A stretch of 64,000 bases of DNA from Opitutales bacterium (GTDB lineage: Bacteria > Verrucomicrobiota > Verrucomicrobiia > Opitutales > CAXXNP01), in NCBI GenBank assembly GCA_963666595.2, contig CAXXSV010000001.1, positions 261,040 through 325,039 of the forward strand. The letters are read 5' to 3'. The position numbers were made by a program, and so were the translations under genes. The notes under the pieces are model-generated. The model ran no database searches. It saw nothing but the letters and a program-made list of their open reading frames with translations, and was not told where the DNA came from. Below are positions 29,534-38,787 of the stretch, in pieces (position 1 is the stretch's first letter; every line of letters starts with the position of its first letter).

Positions 29534-30838
29534 CTACTCTTTGACCAGGAGAAAGGCAGAACCGCCGTCGTGGTGATTTTGCCATGGAGTGTATGTTCTC
29601 TTCTGTTCGAGTCGAAAAGCTCCTTTGGATTGGCTGATAAATTTTTCGACAACCTCGTGATTTTCCTCGGGTTCAAGACTGCAAGTGCTGTAAACCAACC
29701 GGCCGCCGGGGTGCACAAACTCGGCTGCTCTCATTAAGAGCAGGTATTGCAGCTCGGACATCCGGCTTATATCATCGGGACGCAGCCGCCATTTGGCGTC
29801 AGGCCGCCGCCGTAATACCCCAGTGTTTGAGCAGGGCGCATCGAGGAGCACCGCGTCAAAACGATTTGGCAGATTGCGGGCCTCGAAATCTGCCGGAGTA
29901 GTCTCAAGTAGATTGGACTCGAAAATCGTGGTCTCGACCTCTTCAACGCGCTGCAGATTTTCCCTGAGACGTTCGAGCCGACTCCCGGACTTATCAAGAC
30001 ATACCATAAGCCCGCCGCCGCCGGTCAATTCTTCGGCAATCAGCACACTCTTGCCGCCGGGCGCGGCACAAAGGTCCAAGACACGCTCCCCGGGCCGCAC
30101 TGCGAGAAGCTCGACCGGCAGTCTGGTGGAAGGGTCCTGGATAAAGGTCTTTCCCTGTCGCAAGAGTTGCTCGACTTCCGGCCAAGCGCGGCTGTTGAAA
30201 AGGTAAAATCCGGGCCACCGGGTAGACTCCAGGTTGTCGGAAGGACTGGTGAGGGAATGTTTTCTGAGGCGAAGGTAAACAGGAGCGGGTTTTTGGTCCC
30301 AGATAAGGAGTTTTTGCGTTAATTCGGCTCCAAAGGCTTGCAACCAGCGTTGTACAAGCCATTCGGGATGGCTCCAGGTCAAAGCCCACTGCGCCACAGG
30401 GTCCTGCTCCTGGCTATCCGGTTCCAACAATACGGGTAAAAGCCGGCGCAGCACGGCGTTGACCAAGCCCGCCTCGCGAGAGCTCACGAGACCCTTCGCC
30501 TGTGACACAGCATGATCGATGATCTTGGGAGCACGAGAGACATCGCCAGACAACAGTTCAAAGCCGGCAACAAATAAAATTGACTTCAGCTTGGGACGCG
30601 GTTGTTTTTTTAGAAAAGACTTCACCGCGAAATCAATGAGCTTGAAATTTCTGACAACGCCAAAGAATAAAAATTGGCAGAGACGTCTATCCCGGGCCTC
30701 CAGCCCATCCGGCAGGCGCTCAAGGAGCACGTCCGTTTTGCCGGGCCGGCGCAAGTAAGCTTCGCAGAGGCATACGGCGTTATACCAGCCAGGATTCGTG
30801 GATAGAGGCTCACCGGTTATTTCAGGAAATGATTTCAT
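29534..30838 (-). CDS. rsmB: 16S rRNA (cytosine-C5)-methyltransferase RsmB-like
   Basis: 434 aa. It has a NusB-like N-domain and a methyltransferase domain with DLCAAPGGKS, DAPCSNTGVLRRRPD and LVYSTCSLEPEEN. Confidence 0.85.
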   Translation of the reverse strand: MKSFPEITGEPLSTNPGWYNAVCLCEAYLRRPGKTDVLLERLPDGLEARDRRLCQFLFFGVVRNFKLIDFAVKSFLKKQPRPKLKSILFVAGFELLSGDVSRAPKIIDHAVSQAKGLVSSREAGLVNAVLRRLLPVLLEPDSQEQDPVAQWALTWSHPEWLVQRWLQAFGAELTQKLLIWDQKPAPVYLRLRKHSLTSPSDNLESTRWPGFYLFNSRAWPEVEQLLRQGKTFIQDPSTRLPVELLAVRPGERVLDLCAAPGGKSVLIAEELTGGGGLMVCLDKSGSRLERLRENLQRVEEVETTIFESNLLETTPADFEARNLPNRFDAVLLDAPCSNTGVLRRRPDAKWRLRPDDISRMSELQYLLLMRAAEFVHPGGRLVYSTCSLEPEENHEVVEKFISQSKGAFRLEQKRTYTPWQNHHDGGSAFLLVKE

Positions 30839-30907
30839 GCGGACAGTTGAATGACAATAAGGCTTTGCATAGGATAGAAATTAGATAAATTATTAATTTT
30901 ACACAGC

Positions 30908-32767
30908 ATGGATAAGGAAAACGTCGATTTACTAATTCAAAAAAATCCGCACGTTGAGAAATCGCGGGAAAAACTCGAGTCGATGAGCCCGGGCGCTTAT
31001 TGCCTGCATCGCAGTTGGGGGTTTGGCCAAATCAAAAGTTACGACGAACAACTGAACAAGTTAGTCGTCGATTTCGAGGAAAATAAATCCGGCCACCTCA
31101 TGGACCCGATATTCTGTGTGGACAAACTTGATATCCTTACGTCGGAAAATATCCTGGTACGCCAACGCAAGCAGCCCAAAGTCATCGAGGAAATGATCAA
31201 GAAGAGGCAGACCGATCTCATAGTCGATATCCTGGCTCTCTCCCCTAACAACTCCGCGACCAATACCGAACTGGAACATCAGTTAAACCTCCTGCTTGGC
31301 CCAACCCGATACAAAAAATGGTGGTATGCTACTAGGAAACTGCTCATCAAGGACCCGCGCGTTGCCATTCCGGATAAAAAAACCGACCCATACATCCTGA
31401 GAGAAGAGCCTGTCAAAGCTGAGGATGAAATCCTGGATGAATTTCTCATCACCAAAGCGCCAAAAAAGAAAATTGACCTGGCTAATAAACTTTTGAGCTT
31501 GTCCGTCAAGCACGAGGATATCAAGGAGGCCCTGCCCGATATCCTGAAGACTCTCACCGTCGCCATCCAGGAAACCCGACAACTGAACGCCGGCGAACGG
31601 TTGCACGGCATCTGGGTGCGCAATGACCTGGCCCGCTTTATCCACGAAGACGTCGAATCGCTTCTGCCAACATCGGCCTCGATTATAGAGGAGAAAAAAA
31701 TCCTCACCACTTTGGCAAGCCAGATACCGGGCACTTGTCACCGCCGGTTTCTCGAACTGGTGGTACGCTGCCATCCCGAGGAATGGGAGAAACTCCTTTT
31801 AAACCTTTTTCGCAACAGTTCCGGCAAGTTTACCAACGAGTGCGTGAACCTGCTCCTGGAAAAAGATTGTGGGGATAAATTCGAGGAGTCTCTGCAACGC
31901 TGGTTGAACGAGCAAACTATCAAGGGCCCGATCATGCTCTGGATTATAAAGAACCGCGACTCTAAAAAATTCTCCAAGATGCTCGATAAGCTCATATGCC
32001 CCCGCTTCTTGAATGCCATCTTTTACGCCATCGACAACACGGCCCTGCAATCGGCAAATCTGCGCCGCATTCCCCTGGCCGATGTCCTAAGCGACGACAA
32101 GGAATTGATCCCAGAGCTGCTCACAGATGCCACGCCGGAAACCGCCCATGACCTGGCCACCACTCTGATGCTCAACCAGGGATTTGAGGATCTCTCCAAG
32201 CGTTCGCTGTTGGCCAGATTCATCAAGCTGTTTCCGAGCGTGCAATCCCTGGTATCGGAGGAACCCACTGCGAAGCAGGAGGTTCTCATCGTCTCCCGGG
32301 ACAGCTTTGAAAAACGCAAACTGGAATACGATGAAATCGCCACCAAAAAGATTCCGGAAAACAAAATCGCCCTGGGCCTTGCTCTCGAACTCGGCGATTT
32401 ACGAGAAAACTCCGAACTGAAAATGGCCCGGCAGGATCAGGATACCCTGCTCGCCCGCAAGGAACTACTGGAAATTGACTTGTCCCGAGCTCAAATAAAC
32501 GATTTCAAAAGCGCTACTTCAGACAGAGTCGGTATCGGATCGGTCGTAGAGCTCTTGCAGGGATCTACCAACAAATCCGTAACCTATTCAATTCTCGGCG
32601 CTTGGGACAGCGAACCTGACCAGAATATACTATCCTACGAGACCCCCCTGGGCCAAAGTCTGATATCTAAAAAAGTGGGTGACATTGTAACAGTGGAAAT
32701 TGACGGACACGAAGAGGAATGGACGATCCAGGGAATTTCGCGGTGGGTGGATAAAGTTAAAGGGTAG
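30908..32767 (+). CDS. Long GreA/GreB-family protein (Gre C-terminal domain at the end of a 619-aa protein)
   Basis: The last ~75 aa (VGIGSVVELLQGSTNKSVTYSILGAWDSEPDQNILSYETPLGQSLISKKVGDIVTVEIDG) follow the GreA C-terminal domain pattern. The coiled-coil just upstream is Gre-like. About 450 extra N-terminal residues are present. Confidence 0.7.
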   Translation: MDKENVDLLIQKNPHVEKSREKLESMSPGAYCLHRSWGFGQIKSYDEQLNKLVVDFEENKSGHLMDPIFCVDKLDILTSENILVRQRKQPKVIEEMIKKRQTDLIVDILALSPNNSATNTELEHQLNLLLGPTRYKKWWYATRKLLIKDPRVAIPDKKTDPYILREEPVKAEDEILDEFLITKAPKKKIDLANKLLSLSVKHEDIKEALPDILKTLTVAIQETRQLNAGERLHGIWVRNDLARFIHEDVESLLPTSASIIEEKKILTTLASQIPGTCHRRFLELVVRCHPEEWEKLLLNLFRNSSGKFTNECVNLLLEKDCGDKFEESLQRWLNEQTIKGPIMLWIIKNRDSKKFSKMLDKLICPRFLNAIFYAIDNTALQSANLRRIPLADVLSDDKELIPELLTDATPETAHDLATTLMLNQGFEDLSKRSLLARFIKLFPSVQSLVSEEPTAKQEVLIVSRDSFEKRKLEYDEIATKKIPENKIALGLALELGDLRENSELKMARQDQDTLLARKELLEIDLSRAQINDFKSATSDRVGIGSVVELLQGSTNKSVTYSILGAWDSEPDQNILSYETPLGQSLISKKVGDIVTVEIDGHEEEWTIQGISRWVDKVKG

Positions 32768-32935
32768 CGGTTGTTAAATCTCCAAAAAGCGTTGCTGAAA
32801 ACGGTTTTTGAACCAAGCTCCAACAATATGGTGTATTAAAATACCGATGACGGTGATGAGATCGATTTTGAATCTGAGCACCTGTCTCGGCATAGCTCCG
32901 CAGGAGCGACAACGGAAGGTAAACCACCTCCAGCA

Positions 32936-33865
32936 ATGACCGACCCTTGGGACACCCTCAAACTCCTGGCCGATCCCACCCGGTTGCGCCTTCTGCACCT
33001 GTTGCTCAAGGAGGAACTATCGGTAGCTGAAATGCAGGATATCCTCGATATGGGCCAGTCGCGCATATCTTCTCACTTGGCCTTGCTGCGCAAAGGCGAA
33101 ATGGCGGTCGATCGCAAAGACGGCAAGCGCACCTATTACTCCTATAACCCGAACATCGATTCTAGGCAACGCCGCTTAATAGATGCAGCTTGCCAGGCCG
33201 TAGTCGACCACCCGGAATTCAAACAGGACCGCAGTAACCTCAACCGCGTCCTGGAAAAACGCCGCCGGCATGCCGAGCGGTATTTCAATGAAGTTGCCGG
33301 ACGCCTCGGGAAAAATTATTTGCCGGGCCGTTCATGGGAGGCGATCGGACATTTTTTGCTGCACTTAACTCCCGAAATAGAAATCGCCGACCTCGGTGCG
33401 GGCGAAGGGGTTATCGCCCAACTGCTGGCGAGGAGGGCCCGGACCGTATATTGCATCGACAACTCGCCGCGCATGGTCGAGGTGGGCGCCGAACAAGCTG
33501 CAAAGTTAGGCTTCAACAACCTGGTTTACAAACTTGGAGACATAGAAAAAATTCCTCTTAAAGATAATAGTGTGGACCTGGCGTTGTTGAGCCAGGCGCT
33601 GCATCACGCCCAACATCCGCAAAAGGCTATACAGGAGGCTTACCGTATTCTGAAACCTGGCGGGAAAATCGTAGTTATAGACCTGAAGCAGCACAATTTC
33701 GAGAAGGCGCGCGAACTCTATGCAGATTTATGGCTCGGTTTCACCGAAAACTCAGTTTACCAGTTTCTGAAAAAAGCGGACTTCCGCCAAGTGGAAGTCA
33801 ACATTGTGGCCAGGGAGGAAAAAGAACCGAATTTCGAAACCTTGCTGGCCGGCGGGGTGAAATAA
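32936..33865 (+). CDS. ArsR-family HTH fused to a SAM-dependent methyltransferase
   Basis: 309 aa. The ArsR/SmtB wHTH is LKLLADPTRLRLLHLLLKEELSVAEMQDILDMGQSRISSHLALLRK. The class I methyltransferase motif I is IADLGAGEGVIA, and LKPGGKIVVID is also present. Confidence 0.85.
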   Translation: MTDPWDTLKLLADPTRLRLLHLLLKEELSVAEMQDILDMGQSRISSHLALLRKGEMAVDRKDGKRTYYSYNPNIDSRQRRLIDAACQAVVDHPEFKQDRSNLNRVLEKRRRHAERYFNEVAGRLGKNYLPGRSWEAIGHFLLHLTPEIEIADLGAGEGVIAQLLARRARTVYCIDNSPRMVEVGAEQAAKLGFNNLVYKLGDIEKIPLKDNSVDLALLSQALHHAQHPQKAIQEAYRILKPGGKIVVIDLKQHNFEKARELYADLWLGFTENSVYQFLKKADFRQVEVNIVAREEKEPNFETLLAGGVK

Positions 33866-33867
33866 TA

Positions 33868-33886
33868 TGGGCCTGTTGCCCAAACC
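33868..33886 (+). repeat. Copy B of the post-stop-codon hairpin motif
   Basis: TGGGCCTGTTGCCCAAACC starts 3 nt after the stop of the ArsR-methyltransferase gene. It is a 19-nt perfect match to copy A (reverse complement) and is followed by the palindrome GGGGCGCCCC. Confidence 0.6.
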
Positions 33887-33902
33887 TGGGGCGCCCCGCC
33901 TG

Positions 33903-35678
33903 TTAAAGGTGTTTTCGGATTTCAGCGCCTACGTGCTGAGAATAAAAATCGCGCAAATGGTCGTAAATGCTGATCGGATCGTCGAGCCCCAATACCGTTT
34001 CGGCCAACTCTTGGGCATCCTTAATGTTCAAGTTGCGCACCATAAATTTTATTTCCGGCAAGGCGATGGGTGCGACGCTCAAATGGTCCATACCCATGCC
34101 GAGGAGCAGAATGGCGTAAAGAGGGTCTCCCGCAATTTCTCCACATACGCCCACCGGTATATCTTTGAGGTGGGCTGCATCGATTATGGATTTCAAGGTG
34201 CGCATAACGGCGGGATGGTTCGGTTCGTATAGGTGCGCGATGCGGTCGTTGACGCGATCGACGGCCAGCAGATACTGGATGAGATCGTTGGTGCCGATGC
34301 TGAAAAATTGACAATGATCGGCCAGGAGATCGATGGTATAGGCGGCGCTGGGCACTTCGATCATACTGCCCACCTGGAGGTCTGCATCGAAATCCCGACC
34401 ACTGGCCTTAAGCTCATCTTTGGCCTCTTCAATCACCTGGTTGGCCTCGATTAGCTCCTTGTGGCTGGAGATCATGGGATACATGATTTTCACGCTTCCG
34501 TAAGCGCCGGCACGCAGAATGGCTCGCAACTGGGTCTTAAAGACTTCCGTATTTTCCAGGCAAAAGCGTATGGCCCGGAAACCCATAAAAGGGTTATCCT
34601 CCAAGTATTCCAACAACCCGCTGCCAAGTGTCTTATCGCCGCCGAGGTCCAATGTGCGGATAATTACCGGATGCGGTTTGAAAGTCTCGACCATCAACCG
34701 GTAGGCCTCAAACTGTTCCTCTTCCTCCGGAAATTTATCGCCGCGCAAAAAGAGAGCCTCCGTGCGGAACAAGCCTACGCCATCGGCGCCGCATTTTTTC
34801 AAACTCTCGGGGTCTTCGAACCCTTCGATATTGGCCATGAGCTCGACCTTGTGTCCATCGCGCGTTTGCGTCGGCTTGAAGATTTCAGCATCAAACACGC
34901 GCTGGATGCTCTGACGCTCCACCTTCAGCTTACCGTAGCGATATAGGCTGTCCTTAGTCGGATTAATGATGACAATACCGTCATAGCCATCAATCAGCAG
35001 TATATCACCAGTCTGTATCCTAGTGGTTGCGTCCTTCAGTCCAACGACTGAGGGCACCTCGATGGACCGAGCCATAATCACGGCGTGGCTGGTGCGGCTG
35101 CCGGCATCGGTCGCCAACCCGAGCACTTTGCCTTTTTCGATTGAGGCGGTATCAGATGGGGTCAGGTCTTCGGAGACGATAATGGTCTGCTCGGTAATGC
35201 TACCGATACGGAAATGAGTGTGCCCCATAAGGTTGGCGAGCAGGCGCTGGGAAACATCCTTGATGTCCGATACGCGTTCCTTGATGTAGGAATCGTCGAT
35301 ATTCTGGAATGCCTCGATATACCGTGAACATACCTGTTGCAGGCAATACTCGATATTCAGACCCGTTTCTTCAACCTCACGAATGGTATCGTCTATGAGC
35401 GCCTTGTCTTCGAGCACAAGCAAATGCGCGTCAAATATCAATGCCTCTTCCTCGCCCAGCTTGTCGCGAATTTCGGCGCTAATCTCGCTGATCTGCCGAC
35501 GGGTCTCCACGAGAGCCTGTTCGAAGCGCTCAATTTCGTGGGCTCGTTTGTCCTCCGACACATCAAATGAAGGAATATCCAGAACCTTCTGCAAAAAGAC
35601 CAAAGCCGGCCCATGCCCCACTCCGGGAGAGGCGGGGATGCCTTTCAGGATTATTTCTTCTTTATCTGGAGGAGTCAT
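33903..35678 (-). CDS. ptsI: Phosphoenolpyruvate-protein phosphotransferase (PTS enzyme I)
   Basis: Track ORF 33903..35759; the ATG at 35678 gives MTPPDKEEIILKGIPASPGVGHG. The phospho-His region GSRTSHAVIMARS and the PEP-utilizer C-domain (FFSIGTNDLIQY) are present. Confidence 0.9.
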   Translation of the reverse strand: MTPPDKEEIILKGIPASPGVGHGPALVFLQKVLDIPSFDVSEDKRAHEIERFEQALVETRRQISEISAEIRDKLGEEEALIFDAHLLVLEDKALIDDTIREVEETGLNIEYCLQQVCSRYIEAFQNIDDSYIKERVSDIKDVSQRLLANLMGHTHFRIGSITEQTIIVSEDLTPSDTASIEKGKVLGLATDAGSRTSHAVIMARSIEVPSVVGLKDATTRIQTGDILLIDGYDGIVIINPTKDSLYRYGKLKVERQSIQRVFDAEIFKPTQTRDGHKVELMANIEGFEDPESLKKCGADGVGLFRTEALFLRGDKFPEEEEQFEAYRLMVETFKPHPVIIRTLDLGGDKTLGSGLLEYLEDNPFMGFRAIRFCLENTEVFKTQLRAILRAGAYGSVKIMYPMISSHKELIEANQVIEEAKDELKASGRDFDADLQVGSMIEVPSAAYTIDLLADHCQFFSIGTNDLIQYLLAVDRVNDRIAHLYEPNHPAVMRTLKSIIDAAHLKDIPVGVCGEIAGDPLYAILLLGMGMDHLSVAPIALPEIKFMVRNLNIKDAQELAETVLGLDDPISIYDHLRDFYSQHVGAEIRKHL

Positions 35679-35769
35679 CGAGGCAGAAAATCCTTTGTTT
35701 TTAAGTTTAAGACGGTTCCGGCTAAAAAATAGTGTAGCGGAGCCCGTTGCGCGAAACAATGTTTTTTAA

Positions 35770-35789
35770 TTTGGGCAACAGCTCCCAAA
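35770..35789 (-). repeat. Copy C (diverged) of the post-stop-codon hairpin motif
   Basis: The plus strand reads TTTGGGCAACAGCTCCCAAA and shares the 12-mer TTTGGGCAACAG with copy A. TTTGGG/CCCAAA forms a 6-bp stem. It lies 16 nt downstream of the ispE stop. Confidence 0.45.
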
Positions 35790-35805
35790 GGAGTTGTTTC
35801 CCAAA

Positions 35806-36744
35806 TCAGGCAAAACGGGTTTCAATTATAAATGCCTCGGCTCCCCAATATTCTGCGATTTTGCGACGCACCGCTCCCGCATCGACACCGTTGCCGAGTA
35901 GAGCAAAGCAGGCGCTGCCGGATCCGCTCAAACCACAGGGCAGCCCAAAATCGGCCTTGAGGCGATTCAGTAAGGCCGGCAAGGCCAGGTATTTCTTAAA
36001 AATTACGGGTTCAAAGCTGTTATACAACAAATTATCAACCGGCTTGCCGGATTTAATCCACTCGGCCAGGCGGGTTTCGATTTCGCCGGCATCGGCGTAG
36101 GAATCTGCGGTTCGCTCGGCCAGCCGCCGGTAGGCCCAAGCGGTATCGATTCCAAATTCCGGTTTGAATATCAGGAGGGATTTTCCAGAGAGCATGCCGG
36201 CCGCATCAAGCGGCAAAGGCTCAATTCGCTCGCCTTTTCCACGCAACACCACCGGGCCGCTGTGCAGGAACATCGGGCAATCAGCGCCCAGGCCTGCAGC
36301 TGTGGCGTGCATCGCCTCTCGATCCAAGGGCCGGCCGGCCAGCGAATTGAGCGCGCGCAAGGCTGCAACGGCATCGCTGCTGCCCCCGCCCAGGCCGGCT
36401 CCGACGGGTATGTTTTTTTCAAGACGGAAATTCACGCCGTATTCCAATGAATATTTTTCCCGAAAGGCGGAGGCGGCGCGCAAAACAAGGTTGTCCTCGC
36501 CATCCGTCACGCATGGATGCTCACAATCAAGGTGGTCATGTTCGCCGGAATCGCCGGGAACAACCAACAACCGGTCACCGTATTCCACTGGAGCGGCCAG
36601 TGAAACGAGGTCGTGGCTGCCGTCGGGTCTCTGGCCGGTAACGGCCAGGAAAAGGTTTACCTTGGCGGGAGCGAAATATGCAGGTTTGTTGTCCAAATCA
36701 GGATGAGTGGATTGGCTTCTATGCGGACGAAAGTGGATATTCAA
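35806..36744 (-). CDS. ispE: 4-diphosphocytidyl-2-C-methyl-D-erythritol kinase
   Basis: 312 aa. It has the PAKVNLFLAVTGQRPDGSHDL N-terminus and the GHMP kinase motif PVGAGLGGGSSDA. Confidence 0.9.
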   Translation of the reverse strand: MNIHFRPHRSQSTHPDLDNKPAYFAPAKVNLFLAVTGQRPDGSHDLVSLAAPVEYGDRLLVVPGDSGEHDHLDCEHPCVTDGEDNLVLRAASAFREKYSLEYGVNFRLEKNIPVGAGLGGGSSDAVAALRALNSLAGRPLDREAMHATAAGLGADCPMFLHSGPVVLRGKGERIEPLPLDAAGMLSGKSLLIFKPEFGIDTAWAYRRLAERTADSYADAGEIETRLAEWIKSGKPVDNLLYNSFEPVIFKKYLALPALLNRLKADFGLPCGLSGSGSACFALLGNGVDAGAVRRKIAEYWGAEAFIIETRFA

Positions 36745-36847
36745 AAAATATCCTGTCTATTAGCATCGAATCATGGCATTTTTCAGGTAAATTCAAGAGT
36801 CAACAAGCCTTTTGACGACCAAGTGGACAATTTACCCATAACCATAA

Positions 36848-37564
36848 ATGGCTGACACCGCAATTCTTCTGGCCGCCGGCAACAGCAACCGTATGGGCCG
36901 CCATGTCGAAGATAAAATCCTGGCCCCGATAGCCGGGAGGCCCGTCGTATTGTATTCACTGCAAGCTTTTGTCAGAAGCGGCGCCGTGACAGAGATCATA
37001 CTGGTTTACCGGGACGAGCCGCAACGCAGCCTTTTAGCCAAAGTCATCGAAGACGAACCACTGGGCGGCGTCAGCCTGCGGTGGACGCAAGGAGGAGCGG
37101 AGCGTCAGGATTCGGTTTGGAATGCACTCGACGGTATTACGGCACAAACTGAAAATGTGTATATCCACGATTGCGCCCGGCCTCTTATCAAGACGGATAC
37201 ACTGGCGGCTCTGGGAAAAGCTGTTTCCGGCAATAAGGCAGTGTGCCTGGCCCGTCGCCTCAGCGACACCATATTGGAAGCCACACCGGAGACGACAGGC
37301 TCGAACGAGAGGCGGCTCAAAGAACTAGATCGGGATAGGCTCTGGGCCATGGAGACACCGCAGGTTTTCGAATGCCGGCTCATCACAGAGGCTTATCGCA
37401 AAGTGCGCCTCGATGGCAAAAAGGTGACTGACGATGCTTCCGCCGCAATTTTGGCCGGCCACTCGGTTACTCTATTGGAAAACCATCACCCGAATATCAA
37501 GCTAACGGTTCCCGAGGACCTCGCCTACGCGGAATTCCTGCTCAAAGCGGAGGAACCCGGGTGA
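36848..37564 (+). CDS. ispD: 2-C-methyl-D-erythritol 4-phosphate cytidylyltransferase
   Basis: 238 aa. AILLAAGNSNRMG, GGAERQDSV and HDCARP are present. Confidence 0.9.
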   Translation: MADTAILLAAGNSNRMGRHVEDKILAPIAGRPVVLYSLQAFVRSGAVTEIILVYRDEPQRSLLAKVIEDEPLGGVSLRWTQGGAERQDSVWNALDGITAQTENVYIHDCARPLIKTDTLAALGKAVSGNKAVCLARRLSDTILEATPETTGSNERRLKELDRDRLWAMETPQVFECRLITEAYRKVRLDGKKVTDDASAAILAGHSVTLLENHHPNIKLTVPEDLAYAEFLLKAEEPG

Positions 37565-37646
37565 TTAAATTAATAAAGCACAGCGCCGGATAAATAATTC
37601 GGCGATTTACCATCATCGATCTTTCGCTTTGAATACCTGTTGAATC

Positions 37647-38126
37647 ATGTCTTATAGAGTCGGCCACGGTTATGACATTCATCGCCTCAGCCCGGGACGC
37701 CTGTTGGTCCTGGGAGGGGTGCACATCCCTTTTGACAAGGGTCTGGAGGGCCACTCCGACGCCGATTGCCTCACACATGCCATAGCCGACGCGATCCTCG
37801 GCGCGGCGGGCTTGCCGGATATAGGCCATTATTTTCCCAACGACGATCCGGCCACAGAGGGCATCGACTCACAGAAAATACTTGAGAGGGCGGCCCGGGA
37901 AGCTGCGCAAAGAGGGTTTAACATCGAAAATGTGGATGCCGTGTTGATAGCCGAGGAGCCGCTGCTGGCGCCCCATATCCCGGCCATGCAGCAACGCATT
38001 GCCCAAACCCTGGGTCTCGTCGCAGATGTTGTCGGTATCAAAACCACGACCAATGAAAAACTTGGTGAAATCGGCCGCGGCGAAGCCATTGCCGCATCAG
38101 CGGTCTGCCTTTTGGCCGGGGAATAA
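37647..38126 (+). CDS. ispF: 2-C-methyl-D-erythritol 2,4-cyclodiphosphate synthase
   Basis: 159 aa. YRVGHGYDIHRL and GHSDADCLTHAIADAILGA are present. Confidence 0.93.
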   Translation: MSYRVGHGYDIHRLSPGRLLVLGGVHIPFDKGLEGHSDADCLTHAIADAILGAAGLPDIGHYFPNDDPATEGIDSQKILERAAREAAQRGFNIENVDAVLIAEEPLLAPHIPAMQQRIAQTLGLVADVVGIKTTTNEKLGEIGRGEAIAASAVCLLAGE

Positions 38127-38137
38127 CCGGACAGCTT

Positions 38138-38557
38138 TTAACCGCCGAAAACCTCGCCGTCGGCAAAGAAGCGCTTGATTTCCAGTTCGGATGCCTCCGG
38201 GCTGTCTGACGCGTGCACAATGTTGAGCATTTTATCGGTTCCCCAGTCGCCACGTATGGTGCCCGCTGGTGCGGCATTGGAATCAGTCGGGCCTACCAGT
38301 TCGCGTATGCGCTCAACGGCGTTGTTTCCCTGAAAAATCGCTATAACAACTGGGATTGAACTCATAAACTCCTTGATTTCCGGGAAAAATGGCAGTTCGG
38401 CCAAGTGCGCGTAATGCTCAACGAGCGTTTCATCGCTGAGCACCAACATCTTGCATCCGACAAGGGCGAATCCGGCCTGCTCGAAGCGGTCAATCACCGC
38501 CCCGAGCTTCTTTTTGTTAAGACAATCAGGTTTGAAAATGATCAGGGTCTTTTCCAT
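38138..38557 (-). CDS. ndk: Nucleoside diphosphate kinase
   Basis: Track ORF 38138..38617; the ATG at 38557 gives MEKTLIIFKPD. GTIRGDWG and NIVHASDS (active-site His) are present. Confidence 0.92.
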   Translation of the reverse strand: MEKTLIIFKPDCLNKKKLGAVIDRFEQAGFALVGCKMLVLSDETLVEHYAHLAELPFFPEIKEFMSSIPVVIAIFQGNNAVERIRELVGPTDSNAAPAGTIRGDWGTDKMLNIVHASDSPEASELEIKRFFADGEVFGG

Positions 38558-38787
38558 TTGAATAACCGTTAAGTTGCTCCGGGTAATAAGCGGGCGGCAT
38601 GGGTCATGACAAGCCAATTAATACACCATTTCCGGCAAATTATGGGAGCAGGGAAGTTTTTTTAAAAAAATATATCGTAAAAGGCACATATAACACTTGA
38701 CGGCTTGCAGGGTGGGAATTTTTTATATTTCTTCAGGGGAAATAACTACCACCGATATATGGGTATCGGGATAATGATTAAAGGGGC

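Noticed and set aside
38690-38740. A sigma70-like promoter (TTGACG ... TATATT) upstream of the histidine kinase
   Set aside because: The spacing between the candidate -35 and -10 hexamers is ambiguous (17-20 nt, with poor -10 alternatives). It cannot be supported without transcript data.
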